64,000 nucleotides of DNA from Bdellovibrionales bacterium. GTDB taxonomy: Bacteria > Bdellovibrionota > Bdellovibrionia > Bdellovibrionales > UBA1609. The stretch is from the NCBI GenBank assembly GCA_016716765.1, contig JADJVA010000009.1, positions 71,013-135,012 of the forward strand, in the 5' to 3' direction. The notes under the pieces were generated by a model that was given only the letters and a program-made list of their open reading frames with translations, searched no databases and was not told the origin of the DNA. Of the stretch, positions 39,897-49,611 are shown one piece after another. Numbering within the stretch: the stretch's first letter is position 1; each line of letters begins with the position of its first letter. The position numbers and the translations under genes are program-made.

Positions 39897-40774
39897 GGTG
39901 CCGTACCACGACTGGCCTGCCGAATATTCTGTAAAACTCGGCGTATGCCATTTGCATTTTCCATCAAAGCCTTTGTTTCATCAAAGCTCTTATTCAGAAG
40001 TGATTGCTGAAATATTCTCAAATTTTCCATATAAGCCTCCAGCGCGGCAAGCACGTGTTCGCGGTTCTGTTCAAAAATCGGCAGCCACATCGCCGACGAG
40101 CTTTTTGCCAAGCGTGATGTGGATTCAAATCCTCCGCTAGCCAGATCAAAAATAGTGCTGACGCTATTTTCCTTATTGAGCACCGTGTTTGCCAAAACAA
40201 ATGAAATCGCGTGGGATAGGTGAGAGATAAATGCCGTGTGCAAATCATGCTCATCCGCCGCCATATAGACCGTCTTCATCTGCAATACTTCGAACATCTC
40301 ATCAACTCGACGCAAATGGGATGCTGCCGATTGCTCCGCTTCACAAATAACGGCAGAACGATTCGCAAACAACCCACGGAGCGCAGCCCCAGGCCCAGAA
40401 TGCTCTGTCCCGGCCATGGGGTGAGCCGCTACATACTGAGCTCTTTTTGCATGCCCCGCCACAATTTCGCAAATCGCCTTCTTGGTCGAGCCCATGTCAG
40501 AGACAGTGGTTTCAGCACTTATCTGGTCCAAGACTTCTGGCAAAAGTGAAATGATCTTATCAACCGGAACCGCCAACACCACCAATTCTGCACCACTCAG
40601 GGCTTCCTTGAGGGGCGCAATTCTGTCAACGATCCCGCGGTTCAGTGCCAATCGGCAATGTTCAAGATTCACGTCAACGCCAACAACACTTCTCGCTAAG
40701 CCTTTTGCCCTAAGATCCAGCGCCAGCGATCCTCCAATTAATCCCAAACCAATCACGGTAAGGTTCATAGCCAA
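39893..40774 (-). CDS. tyrA: prephenate dehydrogenase
   Basis: Rossmann N-terminus LTVIGLGLIGGSLALDLRAKG, HPMAGTEHSGP motif. Confidence 0.85.
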   Translation of the reverse strand: MAMNLTVIGLGLIGGSLALDLRAKGLARSVVGVDVNLEHCRLALNRGIVDRIAPLKEALSGAELVVLAVPVDKIISLLPEVLDQISAETTVSDMGSTKKAICEIVAGHAKRAQYVAAHPMAGTEHSGPGAALRGLFANRSAVICEAEQSAASHLRRVDEMFEVLQMKTVYMAADEHDLHTAFISHLSHAISFVLANTVLNKENSVSTIFDLASGGFESTSRLAKSSSAMWLPIFEQNREHVLAALEAYMENLRIFQQSLLNKSFDETKALMENANGIRRVLQNIRQASRGTAP

Positions 40775-41631
40775 GGTCTCTCACTTCGTTTGTAATCGCC
40801 AAATTGAATTAAATTAATGGTCTTGGCTTTTAGCTCATTCAAAGCCAACTGATAATCACCCATATTCAGCCACTCAAGATCCACATGAAAGGAGTATTCA
40901 TAAGGCCTGCCCAATACGGGAACCGACTGCAGCTTTGTCATATTCAGATTGTGCGTTTCAAAAATTTTTAACACTTTTAGGAGACTACCGGACTCGTGTG
41001 CGATCTCAAAGCGAAGAGAAGCCTTATCAGGTGTAACGACTGGTAGACCCCAGTCACGCAAATCCTCTTTATTATTGGCTAGGATCAAAAAGCGGGTGTA
41101 ATTCAGTTTATTCGTTTCAATTCCCGCTTTTAAGATCTCCAAGCCGTAAACTTCAGCCGCGCCTTTACCGGCGATCGCCGCGTTTCCGAGCAGCTGATCG
41201 ACGGCAATTCGCCTGGCACTTTCCGCGGTATCTGGTCCTTCTAAGACCTGCAAATGAGGATAGTTAGCAAGAAAATCCTCGCACTGCAGAAGAGCCATGG
41301 GATGCGACTGGACAACCAATACATCTTCGATTGTCTGACCTGGCAATGCCATTAAATTCAGTTCAATGCGCAAGTAAACCTCACCGACAATTTGCGATCG
41401 AAACTTTTCAAGCAATTGATAGTTCGGCAAAATGCTTCCAGCCAGGGAATTCTCTATTGCCATCACGTTAAAATCGGTTTCGCTCCCCCGCAGAGCCTCG
41501 GCCAAGCGCCTAAATGATGAACATTCAACTAATTCGATGGAACGATTGGTGAAATACTCGCGAGCCGCCGCATCGTGAAAGGCGGCGCGAATGCCCTGGA
41601 TCCCTATCTTGGGGTTTTTTTCATTTTTCAC
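40765..41631 (-). CDS. pheA: prephenate dehydratase with C-terminal ACT domain
   Basis: IGIQGIRAAFHDAAAREYF at the N-terminus. ACT region SLRFEIAHESGSLLKVLKIFETHNLNMTKLQSVP..PYEYSFHVDLE. Confidence 0.85.
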   Translation of the reverse strand: MKNEKNPKIGIQGIRAAFHDAAAREYFTNRSIELVECSSFRRLAEALRGSETDFNVMAIENSLAGSILPNYQLLEKFRSQIVGEVYLRIELNLMALPGQTIEDVLVVQSHPMALLQCEDFLANYPHLQVLEGPDTAESARRIAVDQLLGNAAIAGKGAAEVYGLEILKAGIETNKLNYTRFLILANNKEDLRDWGLPVVTPDKASLRFEIAHESGSLLKVLKIFETHNLNMTKLQSVPVLGRPYEYSFHVDLEWLNMGDYQLALNELKAKTINLIQFGDYKRSERPWL

Positions 41632-41672
41632 TTTCTCGCCTCACTTGCATATCCTCAACCAGCTTTCTTCTA

Positions 41673-42752
41673 TCATATTCTCGCAGACCTCTGTCGCAAC
41701 AAGTGATCCACCACAGTCAAAGCGGCCATGGCTTCAACAATAACTACCGCCCGCGGAACCACACAAGGATCATGTCGGCCGCGCCCGGCCAACTCAAGGC
41801 TTTGACCGCTCTTGTCGATGCTGGTTTGCTTTTTCATAATTGTCGCTACGGGCTTAAACCCGACACGAAAATAAATATCCATACCGTTCGAAATTCCACC
41901 CTGAATTCCTCCAGAGTTGTTGGTGCGTGTCCGAATCTGACCGTTGACGACCTCAAACGGATCGTTATGTTCTGAGCCCTTCTGAGTTACGCCAGCAAAG
42001 CCAGAGCCAATTTCAAATCCCTTCGCTGCATTGATACTCAACATCGCCTTAGCTAAATCGGCATTCAAACGATCAAAAATTGGCTCGCCCAATCCAGCTG
42101 GGCAGCCACGCACAAGACCGGTAACGACTCCTCCCAAGGTATCTCCTTCTTTGCGGACATCCTCTATAGCACGAATCATTCTCTCGGCCGTAGCTGAATC
42201 TGGACAACGTACAGGATTTTCATCCCTTCGCGACAGATCCAAATTCAAGTAGGTTTTGTCCAAACACACCTCTCCCACCTGTGAAACATAGGCCGCCACT
42301 TCGATGTTATGCTGGCGCAAAAGCAGCTGCGCCACGGCTCCAGCAAAAACCCGGGCTGCCGTCTCCCGAGCGCTAGAACGGCCTCCACCACGGTGGTCAC
42401 GCAAACCAAATTTGGCATCGTAAGTATAATCAGCATGCGATGGACGATATGCATTGGCAACATGGTCATAATCCTGTGCGCGACTGTCCTCATTGGGAAT
42501 CAATGCCGCCAAGGGTGTGCCAAGACTGACATCATTGAGAACGCCAGAAACAATTCTCGCCTGATCACTTTCTTTGCGTTGAGTGGTCAAATGCGACTGC
42601 CCGGGTCGACGACGATCGAGCTGCGCCTGAATAAAACCGTGGTCGATTTTCAATCCAGCTGGGCATCCGTCAATCACCACACCCATCATCGGACCATGGG
42701 ATTCGCCAAAGGTCATGATACGAAAAATTTGGCCAAATGTATTACCGCGCAT
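41673..42752 (-). CDS. aroC: chorismate synthase
   Basis: MRGNTFGQIFRIMTFGESHGPMMGVVIDGCPAG, GGGRSSARETA. Confidence 0.92.
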   Translation of the reverse strand: MRGNTFGQIFRIMTFGESHGPMMGVVIDGCPAGLKIDHGFIQAQLDRRRPGQSHLTTQRKESDQARIVSGVLNDVSLGTPLAALIPNEDSRAQDYDHVANAYRPSHADYTYDAKFGLRDHRGGGRSSARETAARVFAGAVAQLLLRQHNIEVAAYVSQVGEVCLDKTYLNLDLSRRDENPVRCPDSATAERMIRAIEDVRKEGDTLGGVVTGLVRGCPAGLGEPIFDRLNADLAKAMLSINAAKGFEIGSGFAGVTQKGSEHNDPFEVVNGQIRTRTNNSGGIQGGISNGMDIYFRVGFKPVATIMKKQTSIDKSGQSLELAGRGRHDPCVVPRAVVIVEAMAALTVVDHLLRQRSARI

Positions 42753-42803
42753 AAAAGTTCGCCTTTCCTTTCCGCTTCTCTTCTGTGCTCTTCTTTTCTG
42801 TTC

Positions 42804-43301
42804 TCACTCTGGCCTACGAGACAATCTTGATCGAGGCGCTCTTGAGCGAGACAGAAAATGTTGGATCGCCTTTGCATAGGAGTTTACGCCAAATCCAGAA
42901 ATCTGCTTCACACACACATCACGAATAACCGAAATTCTGCGAAATTTTTCTCTTCTGTGTATGTCGGTCAAGTGAACCTCATAGGCTGGCAAATCCACAG
43001 CTGCCAAGGCGTCTCGGATCGCATAGGAATAATGGGTGAAGGCGCCGGGATTGATCACAATTGAATCAGCCCACTTGCGTTGCGCGTGGATAAAATCAAT
43101 CAGTTTTCCTTCATGATTAGATTGAAACACCCGCAATTTATACCGACTTTTTCGAGCGTCCGCTCTTAATCCTTTATTCAATTCAGCAAGGGTCATGTGA
43201 CCGTAAATGTGCGGCTCACGTTGACCCAACAAGTTGAGATTCGGGCCATGAATAATAACAATATTCTTCTCAACTTTCTTCTCCTCAACTTTCTTCAGCA
43301 T
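42804..43301 (-). CDS. aroQ: type II 3-dehydroquinate dehydratase
   Basis: IIHGPNLNLLGQREPHIYG, INPGAFTHYSYAIRDA. Confidence 0.92.
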   Translation of the reverse strand: MLKKVEEKKVEKNIVIIHGPNLNLLGQREPHIYGHMTLAELNKGLRADARKSRYKLRVFQSNHEGKLIDFIHAQRKWADSIVINPGAFTHYSYAIRDALAAVDLPAYEVHLTDIHRREKFRRISVIRDVCVKQISGFGVNSYAKAIQHFLSRSRAPRSRLSRRPE

Positions 43302-44439
43302 GATGGCCTCCCACTAACAGTTTTCTGTAAGCCTTCTCAAGATCATTGCGAGTCACCGTCACGTCTAAAACGGCTCGCCCCAGTCTTTTGAGCAAGACAA
43401 AACGAATCCGGCCCTCGTGCTTTTTTTTGTCTTTGGCCATCGCCTGTGTCAGCTGGTCAAATCCAATGTGCTTCGGCAGAGCCGGCACCTCGATCATATT
43501 TAGAAAAGCCGTTATGGTTTTTGCCTGGTTCAGTGATAAGTGACCCTTTATTTCTGACAAGCAAATAGCAAAACGCATACCCCAGATAACTGCTTCCCCG
43601 TGTTGAAATATTTCATAATCTGTCACAGCTTCGAGCGCGTGTCCAAATGTGTGCCCAAAGTTTAAAACCTCGCGCCGACCCTTGCGATCCCATTCGTCGG
43701 CAGCTACAACCTTAGCTTTCCAAGATAGAGATTCATGAACCAGTTTGCTTAGTACTTTGGCATCCAAATTCAAAGCCGCTCGCCAATGCTTGTTCAGATA
43801 GACAAAAAGCTCTTTGTCATAGATGAGCGCATACTTGATAACTTCACCGAGGCCAGAAATAATCTCGCGAAGGGACAATGTTTTCAGAAAATTTGTGTCA
43901 CAAACAACAAGTGCAGGTTGATGAAATGTTCCAATCAAATTTTTCCCTAGAGAATGATTGACGCCTGTCTTACCGCCAATGGAACTGTCAACCTGCGCCA
44001 GAAGAGTCGTGGGAATCCCCACCCAACTCACTCCGCGCAGGTAAGTGGAAGCGAGGAATCCTCCAGCATCACCAAGAGTTCCTCCACCCAGTACAAAAAC
44101 CGTGGAAGAACGATCAATCCCAAATTTGAGAAAATCGCCATAAATCGGCAAAATGCTCGAAAAGTCCTTTAAGGATTCACCGGCCGCCAGTTTAATTACG
44201 TCCATCTTCCAGCCTGATTTCCTCAAAACCGCCAACACCTTTTTCGCTGGATGCGCTAGTCTCTCATCAGCGAGCAATATCCCTCGTTTCGACCGGATAC
44301 AACCAGTTGGACTCTGCAACTGAAGAAGCACTTGACCCAGCCGACTCGTAACTCCTGGGCCAACGAACACACAGTAAGAACGCGCCCCGAGTTTAACTTG
44401 CATTCGGGATTCCTTTTTATCATTGGATTTCAGCTTCAC
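43285..44439 (-). CDS. aroB: 3-dehydroquinate synthase
   Basis: GGGTLGDAGGFLASTYLRGVSWVGIPTTLLAQVDSSIGGKTGVNH. GTGA overlap with the upstream gene. Confidence 0.9.
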   Translation of the reverse strand: MKLKSNDKKESRMQVKLGARSYCVFVGPGVTSRLGQVLLQLQSPTGCIRSKRGILLADERLAHPAKKVLAVLRKSGWKMDVIKLAAGESLKDFSSILPIYGDFLKFGIDRSSTVFVLGGGTLGDAGGFLASTYLRGVSWVGIPTTLLAQVDSSIGGKTGVNHSLGKNLIGTFHQPALVVCDTNFLKTLSLREIISGLGEVIKYALIYDKELFVYLNKHWRAALNLDAKVLSKLVHESLSWKAKVVAADEWDRKGRREVLNFGHTFGHALEAVTDYEIFQHGEAVIWGMRFAICLSEIKGHLSLNQAKTITAFLNMIEVPALPKHIGFDQLTQAMAKDKKKHEGRIRFVLLKRLGRAVLDVTVTRNDLEKAYRKLLVGGHHAEES

Positions 44440-45914
44440 GAGACTTTACTCCGCAAAATCTTAATAATTCCATCCGCCACTTCGCTTGGTGATTTTTTGT
44501 CAGTTTGAACTTGCACAGAAGCCTCAGCATACTGCGCTTCGCGAGCTCGCAAAAGATTTTGCAAGTGAGTGATTCGATCACCGCTCGTCTTTAAAAGGGG
44601 ACGTTCCTCCCATTCACTTGAAAGACGCTCCAACAGGCTTTCGGGGCTGGCCTTTAGATAAAACAAATCACCCGCCTGGCCAATCAGTCGGCGATTTTCT
44701 GGACTGATCAAGGCACCACCTCCCAGCGCACAAACGCCACCCGCCGAAATCCGGCGCAAAAGATCCTGCAATGCCTGACTCTCCCATCGACGAAATTCGA
44801 TCTCACCGCCCTCAGAAAAAATTTGCGGGATTGATTTTCCCGCCAATTCGACAATCAATGCGTCTAAATCAAAAAAAGGGCAAGCCAATTTCTGGCTTAG
44901 GATTCTTCCCGCCGCCGACTTTCCGACACCCATAAATCCACACAAAAAAATCGGCCGCTGGAAGTCGGCCCGCGGCAAGGGCTTGGCGCTATCAAAACGT
45001 AAAATATCACGCAGAAATGCAGTCAAATCACTCGCCAAGACTTCTTTGGTCCTAGCCGACAATGGACCAAACCAAATTTGCCAAGTCGCCAAAGCTTGAC
45101 TAACAAACATGGTCAATCCACCAATGGCCCGCAAGTTTGCACGCTGCGCCTCTTGCAAAAACAAGGTCTGCTCTGGCCGGTAAATCAAGTCCAGGGCCAA
45201 AGCTTGCCGCGAACAGCGAAGAAAAATTTCTGAAAAGTCGATAGGCCCTGAGCCCCTATTAGTCGGGCGAGTATTTGCTAGGTCCCCGTTCATGCGATCA
45301 TCATAATGGACCATTCCCACGGGCGTCGCCTGCACCACCAGATCAGCCAAGACATCGATTGAAGCGGCCGTTGCCACCGACGAAAATTCTGTTGATTTGA
45401 AAACGGCCGACAGATCATTGAGGAGGTTCTGCGCCCTTTGCACTCCACGGTTGATCACTACAATCCTCTGCGCACCAGCTTTCGCACAAGCGTAAACGGT
45501 TGCCCGTGCAGCCCCTCCTGCGCCAATAATCAAAATAGTTTTTCCATGACAGACAAATCCAACTTTTTCCAAAGTGGCCTCTATGCCTGCCACATCAGTG
45601 TTGTAACCACGTAGTCGCTCGCCCATGACCTTAACAACATTGGCCGCACCAAGCACCTGAACTTCTGGGGCCAGTTCATCGAGATAACACAAAATCGATT
45701 CCTTGTGAGGAATCGTGACATTAAGTCCCAACCATTGAGCCCCCTCAGACTGTTTGCGCAATCGCTGACAGAAATTCTCAAGCTGCTGTGACTCCACATC
45801 CAGCGCCTCATATCGCAACCGATTGTCCCCCAAACTTTCACCAATAAAGCCAAACACCTGAGGAGAAAGCGAATGCGAAATGGGATGTCCGATGACGGCC
45901 GCACGTAAATTCAT
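44436..45914 (-). CDS. aroE-aroK: fused shikimate dehydrogenase / shikimate kinase
   Basis: The N-terminal half has VIGHPISHSLSPQVF, LNVTIPHK and GAGGAARA (AroE). The C-terminal half has FLCGFMGVGKSAAGR Walker A and a GGGALIS-type region (AroK). Start set at ATG 45914, forming ATGA with the aroA stop. Confidence 0.85.
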   Translation of the reverse strand: MNLRAAVIGHPISHSLSPQVFGFIGESLGDNRLRYEALDVESQQLENFCQRLRKQSEGAQWLGLNVTIPHKESILCYLDELAPEVQVLGAANVVKVMGERLRGYNTDVAGIEATLEKVGFVCHGKTILIIGAGGAARATVYACAKAGAQRIVVINRGVQRAQNLLNDLSAVFKSTEFSSVATAASIDVLADLVVQATPVGMVHYDDRMNGDLANTRPTNRGSGPIDFSEIFLRCSRQALALDLIYRPEQTLFLQEAQRANLRAIGGLTMFVSQALATWQIWFGPLSARTKEVLASDLTAFLRDILRFDSAKPLPRADFQRPIFLCGFMGVGKSAAGRILSQKLACPFFDLDALIVELAGKSIPQIFSEGGEIEFRRWESQALQDLLRRISAGGVCALGGGALISPENRRLIGQAGDLFYLKASPESLLERLSSEWEERPLLKTSGDRITHLQNLLRAREAQYAEASVQVQTDKKSPSEVADGIIKILRSKVS

Positions 45915-47194
45915 TTTGTGAGGTCTTGCAAAGTAGAATAAAATTCTGGATAAGAAATCCCGACACAATCAGATCCGCAGATCAGACTCTCCCCTTCGGC
46001 GATCAATGCCGCCACGCTGAATGCCATGGCGATCCGGTGATCGTGAAAGCTATTGATTTCTGCACCAATTAGCTTCTGTGGACCCTCGATAATAAATCCG
46101 TCCCGGGTTGTTTCAATCACTGCCCCCATAGCCCGAAGATTGGTGGCCACGGCCTCGATCCGATCGGTCTCTTTCACCCGCAATTCTTCAGCGCCCGTGA
46201 CTTTCGTTGTTCCGTGTGCCTGCGTGGCCAATACTGCGAGGATGGGCAATTCATCAATCAGCGATGGGATCTCGTGTTCCGACACCACAACACCTAACAG
46301 CGGTCCATGGCAAGCCTGAATCTCGCCCATGGGTTCTGGATTTTCCTCCGTTAGGGCTACACGGATTGTCGCACCCATGCGCCGTAACACCTCAATAAAT
46401 CCCGTGCGTGTTGGATTGAGTGAGACACCGCTCAGCCGCAAATCCGACCGGGGAACCAAAACGGCGGCCGCCAGCCAAAATGCGGCGGTGGAGGGATCGC
46501 CAGGCACACGTAAAATATTGGCCGAAAATTGTTGACCACCACACACCCGCACCTCCTCGGAGTTAGACTCAATATGCACTCCGAAATGTTTCAACAGCCT
46601 CTCTGTGTGATCACGACTATGAATCTCTCCCCAAATCCGCGTATCACCGTCTGCTAACAAACCAGCCAAAATAATCGCCGTTTTAATTTGGGCGCTGGCG
46701 ATTTTCAGTTCGTAGTCGATTCCGTGAAGACGACGACCCAGAACTTCCAAAGGAGCGAAATCCTTGCCGGTTAGTTCGATCTGCGCGCCCATTTCTCTCA
46801 ATGGATCTGCCACCCTCCTCATCGGCCGTTTTATCAGGGACTCATCACCTGTCATCTTCACCCGTATACCTTCTACGGCGGACAAAACACCCATCATCAG
46901 GCGCATGGTCGTCCCTGAATTCCCGCAATCCAATATTTGCGTGGTATTTATAAAACTTTCAGGGCCTCTTCCTTCTATAATAGTCACATGCCCTTCTTTG
47001 CGGATGGGCACTCCAAGTTGTCGAAGAACACGGGCTGTTGATTGGACATCAGCACTTTCTAAAATATGATGAACCTCGGTTCGACCCTGGCTAAGCGCGC
47101 CAAAAATCAGTCCGCGGTGGGAGATAGATTTATCTCCCGGCAATTTCAAAGATCCGCGAAAGTTACTTACCGGGCCCACGCGACTGTCCATCAT
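45911..47194 (-). CDS. aroA: 3-phosphoshikimate 1-carboxyvinyltransferase (EPSP synthase)
   Basis: LPGDKSISHRGLIFGAL, DCGNSGTTMRL. Start moved to ATG 47194 (GGAG 6 nt upstream). Confidence 0.9.
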   Translation of the reverse strand: MMDSRVGPVSNFRGSLKLPGDKSISHRGLIFGALSQGRTEVHHILESADVQSTARVLRQLGVPIRKEGHVTIIEGRGPESFINTTQILDCGNSGTTMRLMMGVLSAVEGIRVKMTGDESLIKRPMRRVADPLREMGAQIELTGKDFAPLEVLGRRLHGIDYELKIASAQIKTAIILAGLLADGDTRIWGEIHSRDHTERLLKHFGVHIESNSEEVRVCGGQQFSANILRVPGDPSTAAFWLAAAVLVPRSDLRLSGVSLNPTRTGFIEVLRRMGATIRVALTEENPEPMGEIQACHGPLLGVVVSEHEIPSLIDELPILAVLATQAHGTTKVTGAEELRVKETDRIEAVATNLRAMGAVIETTRDGFIIEGPQKLIGAEINSFHDHRIAMAFSVAALIAEGESLICGSDCVGISYPEFYSTLQDLTK

Positions 47195-47375
47195 CAATTC
47201 TCCAGTTGTATCTGTATATATCGCGCCCATAATAGGCATTACGCGAATACGCGTCAAACGCTAGAGTAAGATTTAACGAATTAGACGCGCTTCCGGGAGG
47301 TCTCAGCAGGCCCTTGAGGCTTCGGATCAATTTTTCTCCTGGTCACCTAAGGTTTTCAAAATCAAATCTGAGGTA

Positions 47376-47720
47376 ATGAGTGCTTCTTTAGATGAACTAG
47401 AAGCTAATAGGGACAGTTCAACTAAAGAGACATTTAGCTCTTACAGCTATTTTAAATCTGATTATATCCGATTCTTTACCAATGGCTATATATCGCACTT
47501 AGCAAACAAATTTGAACCGGGTAGTCTTGAAAGTAGTTATGAAAACGACGGAGTTGAGGCTCTTTTTTATCAGATTAAAGGAATTGGAGGCTGGCTGTTA
47601 GAAGATGCTTTCAATGGTACATACACGGACAGGGAGATTAAATATGGTTACTGTGAGGCGAACCCAGGCAGCACGGAGTCTATATGCGAAGAAGGAGTTT
47701 ATACCCCTTGTATGCTTTGA
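47376..47720 (+). CDS. hypothetical protein (114 aa)
   Basis: ORF with GAGG near the start. No recognisable motif. Confidence 0.35.
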   Translation: MSASLDELEANRDSSTKETFSSYSYFKSDYIRFFTNGYISHLANKFEPGSLESSYENDGVEALFYQIKGIGGWLLEDAFNGTYTDREIKYGYCEANPGSTESICEEGVYTPCML

Positions 47721-48593
47721 TTGTTCGAAGTATTTCAACAGAGTCATTCATCAAGAATGCGTGTGGCCCTTTTACTGATGTTGTGGTTTGGAGGTTTGGC
47801 TGGAACTTGGTTAGTCCAAGCCCCAGAGCTCAAAAAAGATGAGTTCCTTCAGTCACTCGATAATTTTTTGGGCGCATTAGACTACCTTAAGAAGAGTGAA
47901 ACATGGGACGTCTCCGAAGCTTTTATGAAGAAGCTTGATCAGTTTTCATTGGCAGGGGAAGTTAAACGTGCTCTGCGCAAACGTTATTACGATAGGGGGC
48001 CAAAGCTCATGGCGAATTTGGCTGACTGTGCTGCAAGAGCGAAGCAAAAGATAACCGATGCAACATCCCATGTAGTGCCCGACTCAGTAATGACCGAGAA
48101 AATGGATAGCGTTTTTGGTTTTAGAGAGTTTCGGTTGCCATACGATGAGCCTGATGTAAAGAACCCATTCAGTGACTCCATGATTTCTAGCGATTTTTCA
48201 ACCAATGAAAACTTGTACCGCCTTTTCAGGCAGTTGCCGGATAGTTATCCGGTAGTTATTGATTTGAACTTTCAGGGAGCACGCTTAAGAAGCGACGATG
48301 GCGAAATAGTAATCAAATCGGGCAATATGCCGCAACTGTTAAATTTTGTAAATCTTATTGATCAGCGTTTTCACTATCAGATTATGACGGATAAGGATGT
48401 GGAAAAGGGCATTTACCAATATAACTATAATCAAAGGTATGAGTTTGGTGGCTTGGGGAATCATTTCTGTGTTTTGAACCAGGAGGAAGAGCTGATCTCA
48501 ATCAATGTGGATACCGATAATGGCAGCGTCTCTTCTAAAAGAGTCAATGCGTGTTTAACCGATAGATACCTCATAGAAAGACGACTAAAGTAA
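47721..48593 (+). CDS. hypothetical protein, probably secreted
   Basis: An internal Met gives MRVALLLMLWFGGLAGTWLVQA (signal-like). No motif recognised. Confidence 0.45.
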   Translation: MFEVFQQSHSSRMRVALLLMLWFGGLAGTWLVQAPELKKDEFLQSLDNFLGALDYLKKSETWDVSEAFMKKLDQFSLAGEVKRALRKRYYDRGPKLMANLADCAARAKQKITDATSHVVPDSVMTEKMDSVFGFREFRLPYDEPDVKNPFSDSMISSDFSTNENLYRLFRQLPDSYPVVIDLNFQGARLRSDDGEIVIKSGNMPQLLNFVNLIDQRFHYQIMTDKDVEKGIYQYNYNQRYEFGGLGNHFCVLNQEEELISINVDTDNGSVSSKRVNACLTDRYLIERRLK

Positions 48594-48595
48594 TC

Positions 48596-49060
48596 AATTA
48601 CGATTTACCCGTATTTGTATTGCCCAAAAACTTTCGTGATCTGGGTCGGCTACTACAGCTCATGTCGGTTACCCGTGATCTAGGCAATAGAAGACCTAAC
48701 CGAATGCCGTTCAGCGGAAGAATTCTAGTTTTTGCGCATAGAGAATCTACCAAATCACCAAGATCTGGGGTAGGTTTTTTCGGGGACAGTGAAATATACC
48801 AACGCCAGCTCGGGTGAAAGAGAGTGGACGGGTTCCGGGGTCAAGACTAGCAAGGATAAGCATGGTCCCGCATGAGAATTGCTACGGATACTTGAGTTTG
48901 TAAACATGACGGCCAGAAATCTCAAGCTGAACGCCCCAACTTGTGAGATGAGCACACAACCATAGATCCGGGTGAAAGCTGTATGTCTCTATATGAGCTG
49001 TAGGAGCCGACCCAGATCACGAAAGTTTTTGGGCAATACAAATACGGGTAAATCGTAATT
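48596..49060. repeat. 465-bp cassette: 68-bp inverted repeats (1 mismatch) flanking a 329-bp core; MITE-like or invertible element
   Basis: Left arm 48596-48663 is the reverse complement of right arm 48993-49060 except for one base (T vs G at the 12th position from the inner end). The cassette fills the whole intergenic gap between 47721-48593 and the next gene. Confidence 0.85.
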
Positions 49061-49062
49061 TT

Positions 49063-49590
49063 GTGAGAAATGGAAACGAGATGAAATGTGTTTGGCTTGC
49101 AGTCCAATTACTAGCCCTCACCCTCGGTTGGACCGCGAAGGGAGCGATCCCTTCGACGGCTTGTAACCGACTATTGATGGGTCGCAATCGAGTCGTTGGT
49201 GTCGAGATCCGCACTACCTCTGAACGCGAAGCAATTCTTCCAGAAATTGGCAAGTCCTACGACCTTAGCTTCTTTTGGGAGGATCGACCGATACAATTTA
49301 GCGTAAGTTTTGGGGAAAGGTTCGTGACATGGCTCAAAGAGGGTGGACACCACTTTGACATCGAAGCTGGAATGATAGTGACAAAGGACTCTAAGAGATT
49401 TGCCGTCGGAGGAAACAATGAACTATATGAGGAACGCACGGGAAGAACCGCTCCTCCCTGGCTTTTCTACGCTGCAGACAAAAATGTGTTTGGCCTACCA
49501 AGAGGAGAATTTTTCCTTGATTTGCACGACTCCGCAGTTACGGCCAACTATTCCGCTCTAAACATTATTGATCGCGCAATTGCACCGTAA
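49063..49590 (+). pseudogene. secreted hypothetical protein gene, 3' end cut by IS66 insertion
   Basis: Likely start ATG 49081 (MKCVWLAVQLLALTLGWTAKG signal). Its TAA stop (49588-49590) is supplied by the first bases of the IS66 terminal repeat GTAAGCG. Confidence 0.55.
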
Positions 49591-49611
49591 GCGATTCATA
49601 ACCTGTATTTT

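Noticed and set aside
48620-49107. Track ORFs 48620-48817 (+), 48755-48955 (-), 48922-49107 (-) and 49017-49253 (-) inside or across the inverted-repeat cassette.
   Set aside because: The ORFs starting in the arms are mirror readings of the same repeat (LPKNFRDLGR.. vs ..CPKTFVIWVG). None has a convincing RBS and they overlap each other. They are best explained as non-coding repeat sequence.
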